Below, piece by piece: positions 63,416 through 64,000 of a stretch of DNA of 64,000 bases (the first letter of the stretch is position 1; each line of letters starts with the position of its first letter). The position numbers and the translations under genes were made by a program. The notes beneath the pieces were generated by a model, which saw only the letters and a list, made by a program, of their open reading frames with translations, did no database searches and had not been told where the DNA came from. The stretch lies in NCBI GenBank assembly GCA_965287045.1, contig OZ336899.1:12586001-12650000 (forward strand), in the 5' to 3' direction. The stretch is from Carcharhinus amblyrhynchos. Lineage: Eukaryota.

Positions 63416-64000
63416 ATGGTTGGGTGGGGCAAATGTTCATGATTGTGGAATGACAAATAGAGTATAACATTTGCTGTGTGACTAATTCTATATATACTAT
63501 ATGTAATATATATGACTACATCTGTACAAACCTATTTGTAGCTTTACATTTATGCTCTTCAGATATATAAATAATGTCTTGAATGCTTGCAAATACTAAT
63601 CATCTATATATTGACTGTTGAAATCTTTATCTTGCACGAGGATGACTCTGAGAGAATTTTAGATGGGAGTCTAAGTGTACATATGTTTCATTCAGTGAGA
63701 CTTGTTGCTGAGGTTATATACATGGTACCATTTTATTTTCTTTAGAAATTGTTTGTTTGTTATACCTGTACAACTATAGCAATTTTTGTGCAATATGATG
63801 TTATTGTAGCTCCTTATCTAAATCTCAGAAAAGATTTAATATTTCAGCTGATAACAAAGCAGATTGAAAAATTATACTGACACAAGGTGTGAAGTTTAAT
63901 AAGTGTGAGGTGGTCTTGCTCATTGGGTGGAGAATCGATCAGAGCCCAGTGTCGCTTTTTTCCCAGAGGTCTGAAACAATTACAAGTAATCAGGCAGAAG

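Larger units (their letters stand above)
8339..64000 (+). other. PRDM16: Probable PRDM16 intron 2 (bases 1-7988 = end of intron 1)
   Basis: Starts at the GT donor; no further PRDM16-like exon recognised by eye; repeat-dense non-coding DNA. A short exon could have been missed. Confidence 0.65.

Overview
Vertebrate genomic DNA, almost certainly a shark: HE1-type V-SINEs, SacSINE1/Deu-type SINEs, and CR1, L2, RTE and Rex1/Babar LINE relics are all present. The only host coding sequence I can support is a 350-bp + strand exon at 7989-8338 matching exon 2 of PRDM16 (N-terminal part of the PR/SET domain). The rest of the window is inferred to be PRDM16 intron 1 (upstream) and intron 2 (downstream); I found no exon 3. 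The introns are layered with nested transposons: a young 5'-truncated CR1 with a 701-codon open RT frame (40637-42837), a Gypsy gag-pol relic split by a Harbinger, several Harbinger derivatives that kept a spliced Myb/SANT gene but lost the transposase core, many MITEs, and Penelope-like repeats with decayed hammerhead-ribozyme motifs. The most unusual structure is a cluster of local inverted duplications that are not TE-family copies. One is a 442-bp, ~97% identical inverted repeat (43511-44755); the other is a triplicated ~200-330-bp segment (50104-52009). In each case nearby downstream DNA was copied in reverse into an old CR1. Several repeat-free islands carry enhancer-like motif clusters. 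Family names come from recalled consensus motifs, not database searches, and most repeat boundaries are approximate (tens of bp).
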